A stretch of 60,442 bases of DNA, filler included, from Sphacelaria rigidula (GCA_964200075.2; 8 parts of 8 records of this genome joined end to end with filler, not necessarily neighbours in it), one strand, 5' to 3'. Shown: positions 1-12,302, counted from the whole stretch's first letter. Translations and numbers: made by a program. Notes: a model not told the origin generated them from the sequence alone.

Positions 1-3
1 AAA

Positions 4-260
4 CTACCGACTGCTGCCGAGATAGCCCCCCCCCCCCGAACCGGTCCAAAAAGTGCACGGAGGCGATGATCACAAGTGCCATTAGAGCTGGTTTCGTGCT
101 GCACGACGCGACTCATTTGGGCGTTACAGCTGATTTCGGACTGCTACACGCCTCTCATGTGGACGAAATTGCTGCAAATGTACCGAACAGTGGGGTCGCA
201 GCGGTTTGTCGGACGGTCTCCGGTGCACTTTTTGCTGGGGAGCTATCTCGGCGTTAGTCT
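4..260. mobile_element. MITE with terminal inverted repeats (CTACCGACTGCTGCCGAGATAGCCCC...AAAAAGTGCAC family)
   Basis: GCCGAGATAGC-(C)n...AAAAAGTGCAC at ~16-58 is inverted as GTGCACTTTTTGCTGGGGAGCTATCTCGGC at ~223-252; related pieces at ~13128-13176 and ~60341-60366. Confidence 0.75.
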
Positions 261-299
261 ACCACAAGTATCTTTCGAGGACTCACCGCTTTGCACATA

Positions 300-2460
300 T
301 CTTGCGCATCATGTAAACCTAGAGACAGTTTCACGTGTAGGACCACACCTGATCGACGCTCACATGTGATTCAGACTTTTTCGTACGAGGGTTGCCTTGT
401 AGCGGAGCCATTTGCATGGGTAGCAGCTGGTACATGTGCTGTCTCGCGCTATCTGCATCAATTCCAGAACGCCCCAGGTTTGAACTGGACAGGCAATTAG
501 GCGATGTGTGCACAGCGTAACTGAGATTGTACGAGCGGGCATGTTTTCGACCTGATCGGCGCCGTGTATCCCTGTCAATCTGTCTACATGCTGGGCCCTT
601 GGGAAACACGGACGCGAGAAATTGCGTAGGAGCGACCACGCATGCAGAACTCCCTCTGCACGACTACCTCATACCAAGCATCTCTCCCTCCTGCGAAGAG
701 AGCGAAATAGGTCACTGGCGAGACTGGGTCCCAAACAGGAGCAGAGAAGGGGAATCGCGAAGAAAGAGGGTTTTCATCGAGAAACAAACACCCGCGATAC
801 AGTCTTGAGAAGACGTCGCCACGGAGTCGCTCGTACTTCCACGGGACTGGTGAGCATAATATAAACCTTTGTCCGAGGGTATGATGAGGTAAATGTACTG
901 AGAATCTTTGAGTTCGGGCTCGACACTTTGGTTGAGGATGACGAAGGGCCTTCCGCTACCATGGATTATCGACTAGCTATATTCATTCACGTGGTGTGCA
1001 GGTTGCATCTGAACCGTAAAATACTCGAAATAGCTGTCATGGCTTGAAATGCATGTTTTGTTCTCTTTTTCTTGTCACACTTCGAACCCCTTGCCTCCTC
1101 GGGACGAGTCCGTGATCTCTATTAATAGGGATCACCCCATCCCTCCCTGGTACACGCGTTGTACTTTGATCTCGCGGATTGGGTCAGCACTCCCGCACCG
1201 CGTCAACCCTCGTCTAACAAACTCAGTCAACTACTTTTTGTTCACTCACGTACTCACCCTTCAGGCTTTGGAAACCAGATACTTCGAAGTAAAAAACCAA
1301 CGCACGGGGGATCTAACCCACGTTCTCTCCATCCCAATGGTGACAGTCGGACCATCAGACCACCGAGGCTCGTGATGTTCGATCTACTATACTGTACGAT
1401 GTTGAGGCTGGAAAAACAATCCACTCAGGTAACCACAAACACGAGCATTAACGACCGTCCTAATCGAAACGCTTAATTCAGCAATGAGTTGGAGAGTCTC
1501 TCACAGCAAAGTACCCTCAAACGAGACCCTGCTCGAACAGTCGTACTGCATCTCAATTGACGCTCAGAAAAGACCACCCCTTCTAAACTATGAAGATGCC
1601 GCTGCTGAACACTAACGATTGCGCGTGGGAAGCGCACCGTTTTCGTTCCTAGGCGGTTGCTCAAAGTGAGTGAAACAAGCAAAGCAGACAACCACCGTAG
1701 CAAGCAGAGCAGACTTTCAGATTGCTCTGCTCAAAAGAAGCTCAGCTGGGCTCATGTGTGCAACCAGGAAAACGTCAGCGGATTGAACCCGGTCGTTTTC
1801 TGTCGAAGGTCGATTATCACATACATCAAGTGGATGATGCGCATCTGTCGTGAACGCGACCGCCCGCATCGAGTACAAAAACGAAATTGACAGCCGTGTG
1901 TCATAATAGCGGTTGGTCAGCGGCAACATTACTTCCTCCTTCACCTGTCACCCCCCGCCCCCATCACCGATTGTGGACACCATCCTACAAAGGCATTTCC
2001 TGGTCTAATTTACGTATACCTCATTTCAGGGGCGCAGGTCACCATGGGGGTTACTTTACCGTCTAATTAGTTCTACGTGCATCCGTGCGAAGAAAATACT
2101 GAGGTCGCGAGGAAAATGCAATCTACGCCATCACAAACACACTTGTTGTTGGTTGAGGAATTTGTTGCCAAAGCGCCTGATGATGACGTGGGTAGCGTGA
2201 CAAATACACTCGTAACACCACGCACATTAGGTTCCATCCCACTCACACAATCAATCCCCCACGGCCTGCAATGGCCTGCAAGGGCAGTCTTCAACCCCCT
2301 CCACCGTGAAGACCGATTATTTCCCTTTACAATGTCGGTGAGCATCGGCCACATGCTATCATACCTCAACCCATCCGTCGAAATTACAGTACTACCGTGC
2401 CCGTTGAATACCTCGTCGAAAATCGCGGCGTGCAGCACCTTCAAATCACTAACCATATAT
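300..2460 (-). mobile_element. Highly decayed Ty1/Copia-like internal relic, interrupted by a SINE
   Basis: Weak motifs in Copia order on the minus strand: broken zinc knuckle CTRCGRS..HD.C (~1880-1840), VLCCERLSNSLL resembling post-protease VL.VP.L..NLL (~1520-1476), RVFVSR..DEN resembling the integrase C-terminus (~795-770), PCKW.RYKATLV resembling the RT start CKW..RYKARLV (~420-380). No LTRs found. Confidence 0.35.
1056..1372 (-). mobile_element. tRNA(Pro)-derived SINE, family A, copy 1
   Basis: Minus-strand head GCCTCGGTGGTCTGATGG...ATTGGGATGGAGAG...GGGTTAGATCCCC has A-box/B-box-like motifs and a tRNA-Pro-like TTGGG loop; body shared with three other copies; A-rich tail. Confidence 0.8.
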
Positions 2461-2614
2461 ATACCGATTACCTCCCTTCACTAGAGGCTTTCTAGCGGCA
2501 ACGTTTGCCGACTTGCTGAAACGTTGACTGATTTCTACAATGATTAGACGCGAGATGTTTCTCATATCGTGGAGCTTCCTCAGCACTTCTTTTAAAGTGG
2601 TCATACTCTAGTGG

Positions 2615-2659
2615 ACAATAGTGACAATAGTGACAATAGTGACAATAGTGACAATAGTG
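2615..2659. repeat. 9-bp minisatellite (GACAATAGT)x5
   Basis: Read directly from the sequence. Confidence 0.9.
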
Positions 2660-4265
2660 GTATTCGGGCGCCAGCCCCACTGGTGACATTGGAAGCTCCG
2701 AGCTCTACCTTTCACTCAGGTGGCCCGTGGGTACTGGCTAAAAATTACACACAATGGACGAGAGACAATCCATAGTTGCCATAGGAGAAAGTGTACTGCG
2801 TGAAGTATCGAGCCTATCGCCTACTGCTGGTGTGCAAAAATCACCCATTCTTGCGAGCTCTAGTGACCCTTCTCCAGAGACAAAAGACAGGGCGCAGCAG
2901 GTCACTCCGAAGTAAAGTAGTTCGGAGACGAGCATCTTACGCTTGACTTCATGGTATTGATGAGCTCGCTCGCGTTCACCCCAAACACGCGCTCACACTT
3001 GGCCTCCAAGACCACCCGACGTCGTATCCCTGGAATGCTCTTCCCTACTTGCTGAGCTCCAGTTGAGACACGTGCGGCGGCAAAAGATGTATCTTCCCGA
3101 GTGATTCGTCGACTTCGGTGAGTCCAGAAAAATACATGATGCTCCGCTACCCAACCAAATGCTCTAGAGAGCAACGGACGCTTGTGCCGAACGCCGAAAC
3201 CGGTGCAGTCACGCGGGTCGAGGACACCTGGAAACATCGTTTGTGGAGGGTCAAGCGAAGTTCTGGGTGTATCAGGGATCTAGCTGAGCAGGATTCCTTG
3301 CAGTTTCTCAAATGTCGGAAATTCGTTCACTACATTCCTCTCGAATCGTGTGCAGGAATGAAAATTTTAAGTTCGGGTCATATTTAGCTACCCACGTTTT
3401 TTGACAACGGGTGCCGGAAACGTCATACAGTATTTCCTACTGAACACCACTTCAGTTGTTGTATTTCTCCCTCTAAAACCGTTGAGTCGGAACACATGCT
3501 ATGATGACAAGGCATACTAAGAAGCAGAGTACTACTGTAGAGTACTGATCATTCCAACTAACTTGTGTATGAAAATGGAGCTCCTATGAGGGTTTTTCAG
3601 GCACCATAACCCAATATCTTCACTCGGATGAAAACAGCCCGGAGGGGGAAAGGGTGAAAGGGGCCGTTCTACGCACGTTACTGTGTTTGATCTATCCCAT
3701 CGCAGTTCTATTATAATATTGAACAACACAAAATAAAGTGGTTGAGGCTGTGGAGGCTCGCAGGATTTAGTCCCCGTTGTAGGCGTATCTGCAGAAGCCT
3801 CGTTCCTGACCCCTTGTGTAAAGATTCAGCCAAGTGCCAACAGTGTCGCCATTCGGGAAACCACGTACCACTGCGTTCGATGACGTCACGCTTTGTTCGG
3901 CTTACCACTGTTGAATAAATTCCCGAAAATGTCCGACCGATAGAGAAAAAAAATCACCACGTGGCATCATCCAAGTCCAAGAATCCCTCCGTTCCAAAGG
4001 GCTACAGGTGACGTCAGCCGTCGGCCAAGAAAAATGAGCGAATCAGAGTGCCTGAGAGGTATTGGCTATTCGGAAGATTTGCGTGCGACTTTTGTTTCGC
4101 CGTGCCTGAAATGGGCCTGTACGTACTCGTAACAAGAAGAAAATCTCTGTTCGGTCTCGAAGATGGCGGAGGGAGGGCATCACTTTACGCACGACCTACT
4201 TCATCGGTAAGGTAAGACAGCGAATAAGGTTTTTGAAGGATGCACAGAACGCGATGGTCACCCAC

Positions 4266-4391
4266 CTGACAGCCAAGAGACGAGACGCTCTTGTACGCCC
4301 CAGGACCCGGCACCGCAGAATCTCGAGTGCTCAAGAGGCGGTCGGTGTGGTTAAACGAGGTAACGGCAGAGCTTTGAAGGGTAGACTCAAC
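4266..4391 (-). CDS. Exon of a PGPGxY (STPG/ODF3-SHIPPO) repeat protein, ciliary microtubule-associated type
   Basis: cag|VESTLQSSAVTSFNHTDRLLSTRDSAVPGPGAYKSVSSLGCQ|gtggg; 126 nt, phase 0-0. Confidence 0.8.
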
Positions 4392-6027
4392 CTGGACGGA
4401 GACATTGTGGCGAGTTATTGAAGCAGCTTGGGGTTGGTTTTGCTTCACCTATCGAAAATCGAACTTACACAGATGGCCGGAGGGGTATATGAAAGCACAA
4501 AGTGACATCGTTCCACGCTCTTGTAGGGTGGTGACCATGTATACCAGGTGTTGACACATGGTGCGAACATCGGACAAGTACTTGGTACGCTGTACACATC
4601 TCAACTACCTCACCAAAGCGTGGAACGTTTTAGCATGCATCTCAAGGTGTCCCTCTGTTCAACTGTGTACCCAATGTGCATCTCCGCCGGCTGGTTCGTT
4701 CCTCGATGTGAAATGAACGAGACCAGACAGCCATCAAATACCCTAGCTTCGACATGCTTATAGACCACAAAGCACAGTGTTCTTCGTTGCGTATGCACTC
4801 GCAAGTCGCCGATCTCGTTCGTCAGCTTGACCGTTAACCATGAAGAATTTTGTATCTTCACTACAGGATAAAACATTAACAAATGGATGAAGCGATGGAT
4901 TGGTATACGTGAAGCTAACCCTTTTGGGTCCCACCCCGTGATGGCACTACACTGTACATCAATGTATTGTCGAATGTCTTTTATTTCACCGTGGCGTTAA
5001 GCCAATCACATCAGCAGAGTGTGGAGCAATCAAGCGGCCAGCGGCCAAAAAAGGGCATTTGGTGTTCTCGTCCATACGGTAAAAGCGTGCCGTGGGGAGA
5101 GCATACCCCATTCAGTAGTTAACACATTCTACGGAGGGGGGGAAACAAGACCGAATATAGTGTCTCGATGACCTGAGCCTTTCCGAGATCAAAATGGCTT
5201 GACTGTCCTGTAGAAAACTGCTGGAAGTTTCCGTGGATGATTTATTTTTTGATTCCAGGGAATGGGAAAGTCTTGAGGAAACGCCTCTTCGGACTTCCCA
5301 ATACATAAAGCAAAGCAAAACAAAACAAAGCCGCCCACTTTACAAACACCAGTAAAACAGCTGGGAGATCAGGGGTACCGCCTATACGTGATGATTCCAA
5401 AACGAAGCAATGGCAAAGTGTGCCGCTCCTCCATCTCCTTTCCAGCCACAGCTGGCCGCGACGCGATGGGGTGATGGGGTGATGGGGATCACAAGTCGCC
5501 AACAGCATGTAACTGCCGCATCCAAATTGGTGCGAAAAGGGATTCGGCTGACATATCTCTCCGCATGTATACCGTACCGAGTGTACAGAACTGCACTGTG
5601 CTCTTGGCTTGATTCACGGCAATGTTTTCAAGACACGTCGCTGCTGCCCTGACATATGGAGCTGGAAGTAAGGTCTGTCAGTGACAGCATTAGACATAGA
5701 TGGGCATATGTGGGACTGTACTCTACTATGCGGTGCGGTGCGGTGGGGTGCTACGCTGTGCTCAACCACTACACCGTTCTGCTGTAGTTCTGACTGTGTC
5801 CGACCTGATATATATGGAAGAGGTGCCCTCTTTTGAGTATGTGCGTGATTGATTTTCATCGTGTGCGTCATCCTGTGCACTACTATAGTGACCAGCCAGT
5901 AAAACGCGCTTCTGATCATTCGTGACGGTGGGGCCCACCAAGGTTAAATGGGCTGCTTCACGGTCAGAGGACTAACGACATGCTTCGAAGTACAATACTT
6001 CAACACTTCTTTTTGCCTACTCCGCAC

Positions 6028-6201
6028 CTGGTTTCCCAGTGATCCAGGAACGTTGCGATATGTGCCAGGCCCTGGATTTTCCCTAGTACTGCGTGCACCT
6101 GACCCTTTAAACCCAGGAGCTATAATATAGGTAGCTTGCTCGCGCGTTCCTGTCCCAAAGGTGGAGGTTGGACGCACGGAAGACGAAGAGTGCAAACATG
6201 A
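6028..6201 (-). CDS. Upstream exon of the same PGPGxY repeat protein
   Basis: tag|SCLHSSSSVRPTSTFGTGTREQ...ENPGPGTYRNVPGSLGNQ|gtgcgg; 174 nt, phase 0-0; FG..R, PGPGxY and SLGxQ recur in the 4266-4391 exon. Confidence 0.8.
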
Positions 6202-6572
6202 CTAGCACGGATGTCCACAGCGAACGAGCGAGAGTCGGAGGGCGGGGCGGGGGAGGGGGGGGGGAGGGGATAGCATTAGTATCGGATTCAAGACAAGTGC
6301 TTGATTACATTTATGTTTCAAAGCCGTGTTTTGGAGAGATGAGGCGACACGTTCCTTTCTATAGTACTTGCCTGCATCCACGGTAACTGTGTGCAAGGGA
6401 ATATAGCCCACATGCTTGTGCTTGTACTTGCAACTATGAGAGTTGAGTTAATGGTACACAAGACAAGACATGGCGCCTTTCATGGACTGAAGCAGATACC
6501 GACGAAAAAGTACAGATTGAAGATGTTCACCACACACCCGAGAATCAAACGCCGAGAGGGAGAGAGAGTCAC

Positions 6573-6643
6573 TGAGTGCCGGGCCCTGTGAAAGCTGGTT
6601 TCTTCTCTGAGGGCTGCTCTTCCTTCTCAACCCCCTTGAGGAT
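6573..6643 (-). CDS. Possible further upstream exon (ILKGVEKEEQPSEKKPAFTGPGT)
   Basis: cag acceptor and gtgact donor, GPG motif; phase does not join the 6201 exon directly. Confidence 0.35.
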
Positions 6644-7468
6644 CTGCGGATAGCACCCGACACGCGTAACATACGTAACGTACGAGAAATAAGAGGCGTA
6701 TGAGAGGGCTTTGCATGTTGTACGGGGTACTTGCATCCACGAGCGCGGAGACGAGCGGGATAAACTAGTCCCGTCTCTGTGCACTCGCAACTTGATTCAC
6801 CAGGCACGTTTTTTTTGTTTCCTTCACTCTTCTTTTCTAGCAACCGTTTCGGCTGCGTTTGCATCGGGTACACCTATCTTGTGATCACGGCTGTGACCTT
6901 GGCTGTGAACTTGGGGGATCAGCTCATGTGCGACAACCAACCAAGCAATCAAGACTACACTACTACAGTACTACATGGTCAGCCCAGCCGTCGCTTTCTA
7001 GCAGCTCTCAGAATTGGTGACCGATATCAAGAACTCCAGTTGTGAGTAACCCGTCAAACGGGCCAAAGTGTTCGCTCTTCTTTTTATCACGTGCCACACG
7101 CATCATACTCATACCGCACCTTAGGGGATATGGTGACGATTCTGTCGTCCTTGGTCCTTGGGATGACCGACCTCGAAGCGGGACTCGCCATTCCTTGCCG
7201 TGGCCCTGCATGGGGATAGAAGAAAACGGGACGGTCGTGAAGTTCACGGCTTTTACATTGGCATGCATGATGCATCGTTTGCGCTTTTATGTGTTCCGCA
7301 CCGCCTTGTTTATCGGAGGGGTTGCCTCCCACTTTCCACCGGGATAGTCGGATACCGTTACCCGCGACCGCATTCGTTCACGAGGTATTTGAATAATCCT
7401 ACGATAGGGAGGGGGGGGGGGGGGGGGCGGGGCGCTGGGTGACTACAGGGCGCAGAGGGGGCGTCATG

Positions 7469-7568
7469 NNNNNNNNNNNNNNNNNNNNNNNNNNNNNNNN
7501 NNNNNNNNNNNNTTAATTAATTAANNNNNNNNNNNNNNNNNNNNNNNNNNNNNNNNNNNNNNNNNNNN
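7469..7568. other. Artificial contig linker N44-TTAATTAATTAA-N44 (also 15037-15136, 22605-22704, 30173-30272, 37741-37840, 45309-45408, 52876-52975)
   Basis: Seven identical 100-nt spacers with stops in all six frames, separating contigs of 7468/7467 bp. Confidence 0.98.
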
Positions 7569-7644
7569 ATGGGATGATCGGAAGAGTTTGAATGGCCAAA
7601 CGATTAAAAGCCCATAACGGACTCTACATATGGGACGGAGGAAG
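7569..7644. mobile_element. Terminal fragment of the Stowaway-like MITE
   Basis: Reverse complement of ~53873-53950; ends ATGGGACGGAGGAAG followed by TA. Confidence 0.85.
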
Positions 7645-8889
7645 TATACCGCATCGTGGCTTCTGTACTTCGATAGAGGTACAAGTCAGGAACTGTACGA
7701 TTGGTAGACAACGGACTACGGGGTTTTCGAACCCCATCACTATACTCAGTCAGGATATACGCCAATCATCAAACATATACAGTTTAGTAATGTAAAAACT
7801 GCTGTTGGGACATGCACTTGCAGTCCGTGTACGGAATTTTAACAGCAGAAAACAGCCTGGACCATCGAAATGTCATTTGCTTTGTCCAAAAGGCTCGGGA
7901 TTCGCAACCGGTTTCGACCATGTAGCCCTAACCCAGAAGTTTCTGCACGGCAGGGCAAGCATTATGATGAGCAGTCCAACAGAAAAAACCGCCGTGAGCG
8001 ATTGTGCGGCATTTGTTTTTAGCAGGACCTGCGTCTAAGCGCTACGGAACACGTAACAAAGCATGCTGAAAAAACACTTCTTTGAACTAGTCATCGAGTT
8101 TTCGAGCGCCTCTCTTGTTGAGTATCTGAGAAAGACTTCATACTGTTGCGCCGGCGACGACCGCCGTCAGCGAAACGATCCAATGCGGCGACAGACGCCA
8201 GCGACCTTTGAAACGCAGCATCATTCAGCAGTCTGCTGAGATATACCAGCACATCAGAGTACAGCATCATTACAGTACGGCCGTTAGTTGGATAGAATGG
8301 ATGCCCCAGAATGAAGCTGCAGACACTCACAACGGGGGTAAGGGTTAGTCCTACGCTTGGGTTGTTGGGCCAGTAGCGCCCATGCGAGGCGCTTCATCCA
8401 GTCTGATCCAGCTATCACTCCTCGTGTGGCCACTTCCGCCGTGGCTGTGTTGAGAACCGGCTTCGCGGTGAGGCTGTTGAACAGTGCTACTTTGGTGCAA
8501 CGCGCTCGCAAAATCCGAGCCGTTTCTTGAAATTTAGAACCCGCATCAGCTGTAGTTTGAATATCCCTCCTGACAGTCCCAAACGGGGTCTGATCCAGGG
8601 ACGGAAACCGCTGGCACCCTCCCCCTCAGATAGGATTGGTGACAACTGTGGGGGTATTTGGGGAAGATCTCTCGGAATAAAACATGTAGAATAGTATTCC
8701 GGGGTATCGTAGTACATCTTTCCGTGTTCAAAATCGAAGTTTCCTTTCTTAAACGCTTTATACCCATGACAATGAACGACTGCTTTCCAAGAAAACCATC
8801 CGTCCTTTCAGGACTTTCCCTGCGCGCGAAACAGTTACAACAAGGGAAACCATCTTCCCCCCGAAAAATCTGCAGCAGTTGAGCAGTCG

Positions 8890-9375
8890 TGGCTAGGTGC
8901 ACCGAACGAATGCGATGTACACGCGTGTCGATGACTACCGCCGGAGAAGTAACGGCAGAGAGGACGCTCCTCGCCCGTATCCTTCGTGTGTCCTCGCTCG
9001 ACGATTCGCAGTCGCTCTAGACAGTAGCATCATGCATGTTACCAGCATGCACCCAATCCACCATGTGTTGGTTGGCAGGTTACTGCTGCACAGCCCCCGA
9101 AAGAACATCGAGGTGCCGAGGTGTCGTCGTATCTTGTCTGTGGCGCTTACCAATGCAAAGGTCGATTCCTCTCTGCTTCTCGTTTTGGACAGGACGCGCC
9201 TCTGTGCGCTGCAGAACACGTCGTTGAAAAACAGGGCAATATTCCCGTCACCGCTACTGTTCTCTGTCACACACATGCCAGCAAGGACGGTGCTGCGGCA
9301 ATAACATATCCAACCGCAACTCGGGGGTGTTATTCATCGTTGATTTTACCTGACATGTGTTCCTGCAACCTGGGC
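8890..9375 (+). repeat. Dispersed repeat of ~480 bp; inverted copy at ~52976-53452
   Basis: Collinear similarity, e.g. TGTACACGCGTGTCGATGAC and ATGCCAGCAAGGACGGTGCTGCGGCAATAACA occur in both copies. Confidence 0.85.
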
Positions 9376-10431
9376 GTCCATGACGACAAAAGCGTGCCAC
9401 AGGCCAGTTGGGGGGGTGTATGAGCGATCAAAGACTCGTGGAGGCCTTCTTGTCAGCCGGAGTGAAAAAGACAACTATGGTGGTGACCTTACTGTTGCTG
9501 GCGTGGCGCATGGGGGTGCCTCCATGCTGCAATCTGGAGCACCCACCCACCCGCTGCGTATATCGCGGTAGCTTTCGAGAGTTCCCATGTAAGGAGGTCT
9601 TTCATTACAAGCTGGGGCGAGATATGTTTCACGACGAACAAGAGTGCTCTATGTTCAACCACTTGTCGTTACATTGAAGACCTACGCCATCAACCGACGA
9701 CCGCGAAGGTCTTGTGGCTTTCAAGCACCGCCGGCAGCAGTACGCCAGACAAACCCGGTCATACCTAACTTTCGTTGCTGTTATAATGTCTGTACTGACT
9801 GTCGTCTGTACAACCACCGTAAACAGTCCCATTTTCCCAACTCATTCCACAAAATGAAAAGGACTCTCAAGAGCTGCGGGAAAGTGACCGCTTTGGGTTC
9901 GGTCAAACGTGCGAAGACACTGTCGAACAGTAATACCACACTATGCTGGGATTGGCATAAAGCAATCGGTATAGAACCGACGTGAAATGAAAGGGTTTGC
10001 GTTCTACATAGGAAACCTTGCACCTGAAACGGTTTCAGGTGGAGAAACGCGAATTTTCATCAGGAGAGACTTCTGTGTCCCCGTCAGTGCTACATGAGCT
10101 CACAAAAACTCTGCCGTCATTTCTTCAATACCTGGCGGGGGGTCGGAGGAGCAACCCTTCTAGTATGACTTCTCCCCTCCCCTGCCTATACCCCAGTCCC
10201 ATAAGATTTTGGCCGAGAGGGCGGGGGGCGGTTCACAACCCGTGTTGATAAAGCCCCTTTGCAAAGCATGCACATCAAATGTTTGATGATGGAATTATAA
10301 GTTCTGGCATTTTACGAAACTGTCCAACAAGCGAGACTGGCGACAGTATGCTCTCATTCTACGTCAATCATGCGGGCAGCCTCTATTCTGCAGTCATGCG
10401 ATTTAATTTTGCACTCACACTCAAACTACTC

Positions 10432-10641
10432 GTAATGCGTGAGAGGATCGCGTGCTTTGGGGACCGCATCGGAATTTGAACATTCCTATGGTTATAGGGT
10501 TGGGGTCAGGGTTGGTGTCGGGTTTAGGGTCAAGGGCGTGGTCTCTGAAGGGACTGGCCCGGTTGGTTTCGAAAAACGTCGATCCTGAGGTGTTTCGAAA
10601 TACGATGCGGTCCCCTAAGCACGCGGTCTTCTGACGCATTA
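10432..10641. mobile_element. MITE with ~38-bp TIRs, internal telomere-like repeats and an 8-9 bp TSD
   Basis: TIR GTAATGCGTGAGAGGATCGCGTGCTTTGGGGACCGCATC; flanked by (A)AACTACTC on both sides; inverted copy at 14461-14674. Confidence 0.85.
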
Positions 10642-11850
10642 AACTACTCACGTTCAAGACCACTGGGGTTTGTGGGTATAATGATCATAGAAAAACACGT
10701 TGGGTTTTCTCGATGCACCGAGTTCTGGAAACGCCTTCGAGACACCGTAAAGTACACAGGTATCGAAAAACAACGGCCGGCCGACAAACTCTATTCGTGG
10801 GGTCGTCCGTGCGCAGCGTGGGTCTAAGCTGTTCATTGCTGCGGGGTTCCTTGTCAGGACCCTTTCAAAACACCCTGTATATATTTTGATATGCCGACCT
10901 CCTTCCATTTGAAACCAAGCCTTCAATCACGAGATATCTCGAGACAGTCCCTCCGCTGAGAGTTCCATTCTTTTGCCCGTTGCAGTACGTACTCAATACA
11001 ATCGCATTACGGTTCACCATAAAGTGAAACGTTACCGTGCATTGAAATAAAGTAACTTATACCCCGCGCTACTCTTTAGCGACGACCCCTTGGTGCACTG
11101 AAACGGAGTGATGTGTTGATATTAAAGTGAGTACAAGTACTTGGCCAACACCCCCTCCCCCCCTTCCCCCCCCCCGCCGCGCGCGCGCCTCCCTCTCGAA
11201 TATCTACACTCGGGGGGGTTGTGTGCCTTCATAATTTTGATTCCTATCATATAGTGCGCATGTGCTATTGATGGTGAAACCATGGACGAACGGTGGCGTA
11301 AGACTTCAAGTCAAACCTCAGGGTCCTTACGTTTCTCGATAGACATCGCGGGCTCTCTGGCTGTCTTAATTGATTTTCGCACATGAAGTGACTTCTGATG
11401 GACCCAGCCATGCTCACAATGTTGAAGTATTCAAGAGAACACAAAATGGAAGCACTCGCCGAAGGAAGAATGGAACAGGGAGGAAAAGTGAAAACAATGA
11501 CAAAAATGCCTTCAATGGTATCATCAGTTCCGATTGTGGAAACCCATACATAAATCTACTGGTCCGAGTATATTTTGTGCATTTTCGCACTCAGTCCTCC
11601 TTGTTGGCCTCGTATATTCGCACTTGGTGTAATTGCTTTCTGCTCTGCTTGTTTCGGAGGAGTTTGCGTTTTGGGCCAGTGTAGTTGGATATCGGAGTTT
11701 TGATGTGGAAATCGGAAACAGGAACGACCTTTTGCCTTCAGGGCGTATGGCTTGAGCGAGGTGGAGAGGCGACTGAACCGGCTTCTTAGCTGGACATTTG
11801 CGGAGTCTGAATCGTGTGCGCCGAAGACGGAATGTTTTCAGTTCCTTTAA

Positions 11851-12302
11851 AACAACCGATCATCAAAATTGAGGGTGGAGCTTTACATTGAGAATGATAA
11901 TCCGGAGGATTAACATCTTCGTATCTACACCAAATCTTCCAAACATATGGCTTCATTATTCCTTCACCTACTGGTAGCTATTGATAACTGCTACGTCCTA
12001 CAAAGTTGGATTTCGATAACCGAAATGTTGGGGTCCTAGATGAAGGAACAATTGTGGGGAAGTTAGGTGATTCGATCGGGTCGCCGAAATCCCCCAAAAT
12101 TATTCCTTCATCTGGGACCCCAACATTTCCGTCATCGAAATCCATATTTGTGGGGCGTGTAGCAGTTATCAATAGCTACCAGTAGGTGAAGGAATAATGA
12201 AACCATATACTTGGAAGATTTGGTGTGGATACCAAGGTTTTATTTCTCCGGGTTCTCACCCTCAATGAAAAGCTCCAACCTCAATGTCGATGATCAGCTG
12301 TT
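11851..12302. mobile_element. ~450-bp fold-back MITE (AACAGCCGATCATCGAAATTGAGGATGG family), copy 1
   Basis: Near-complete palindrome centred ~12076; further copies listed separately; TIR fragment at ~47440-47482. Confidence 0.9.

Noticed and set aside
3118..3250. Copia integrase-tail-like peptide (MLRYP...NAETGAV..W) on the plus strand
   Set aside because: A single weak motif with no supporting neighbours
7513..7524. TTAATTAATTAA as a biological motif
   Set aside because: Always centred in a 100-nt N spacer; an assembly linker
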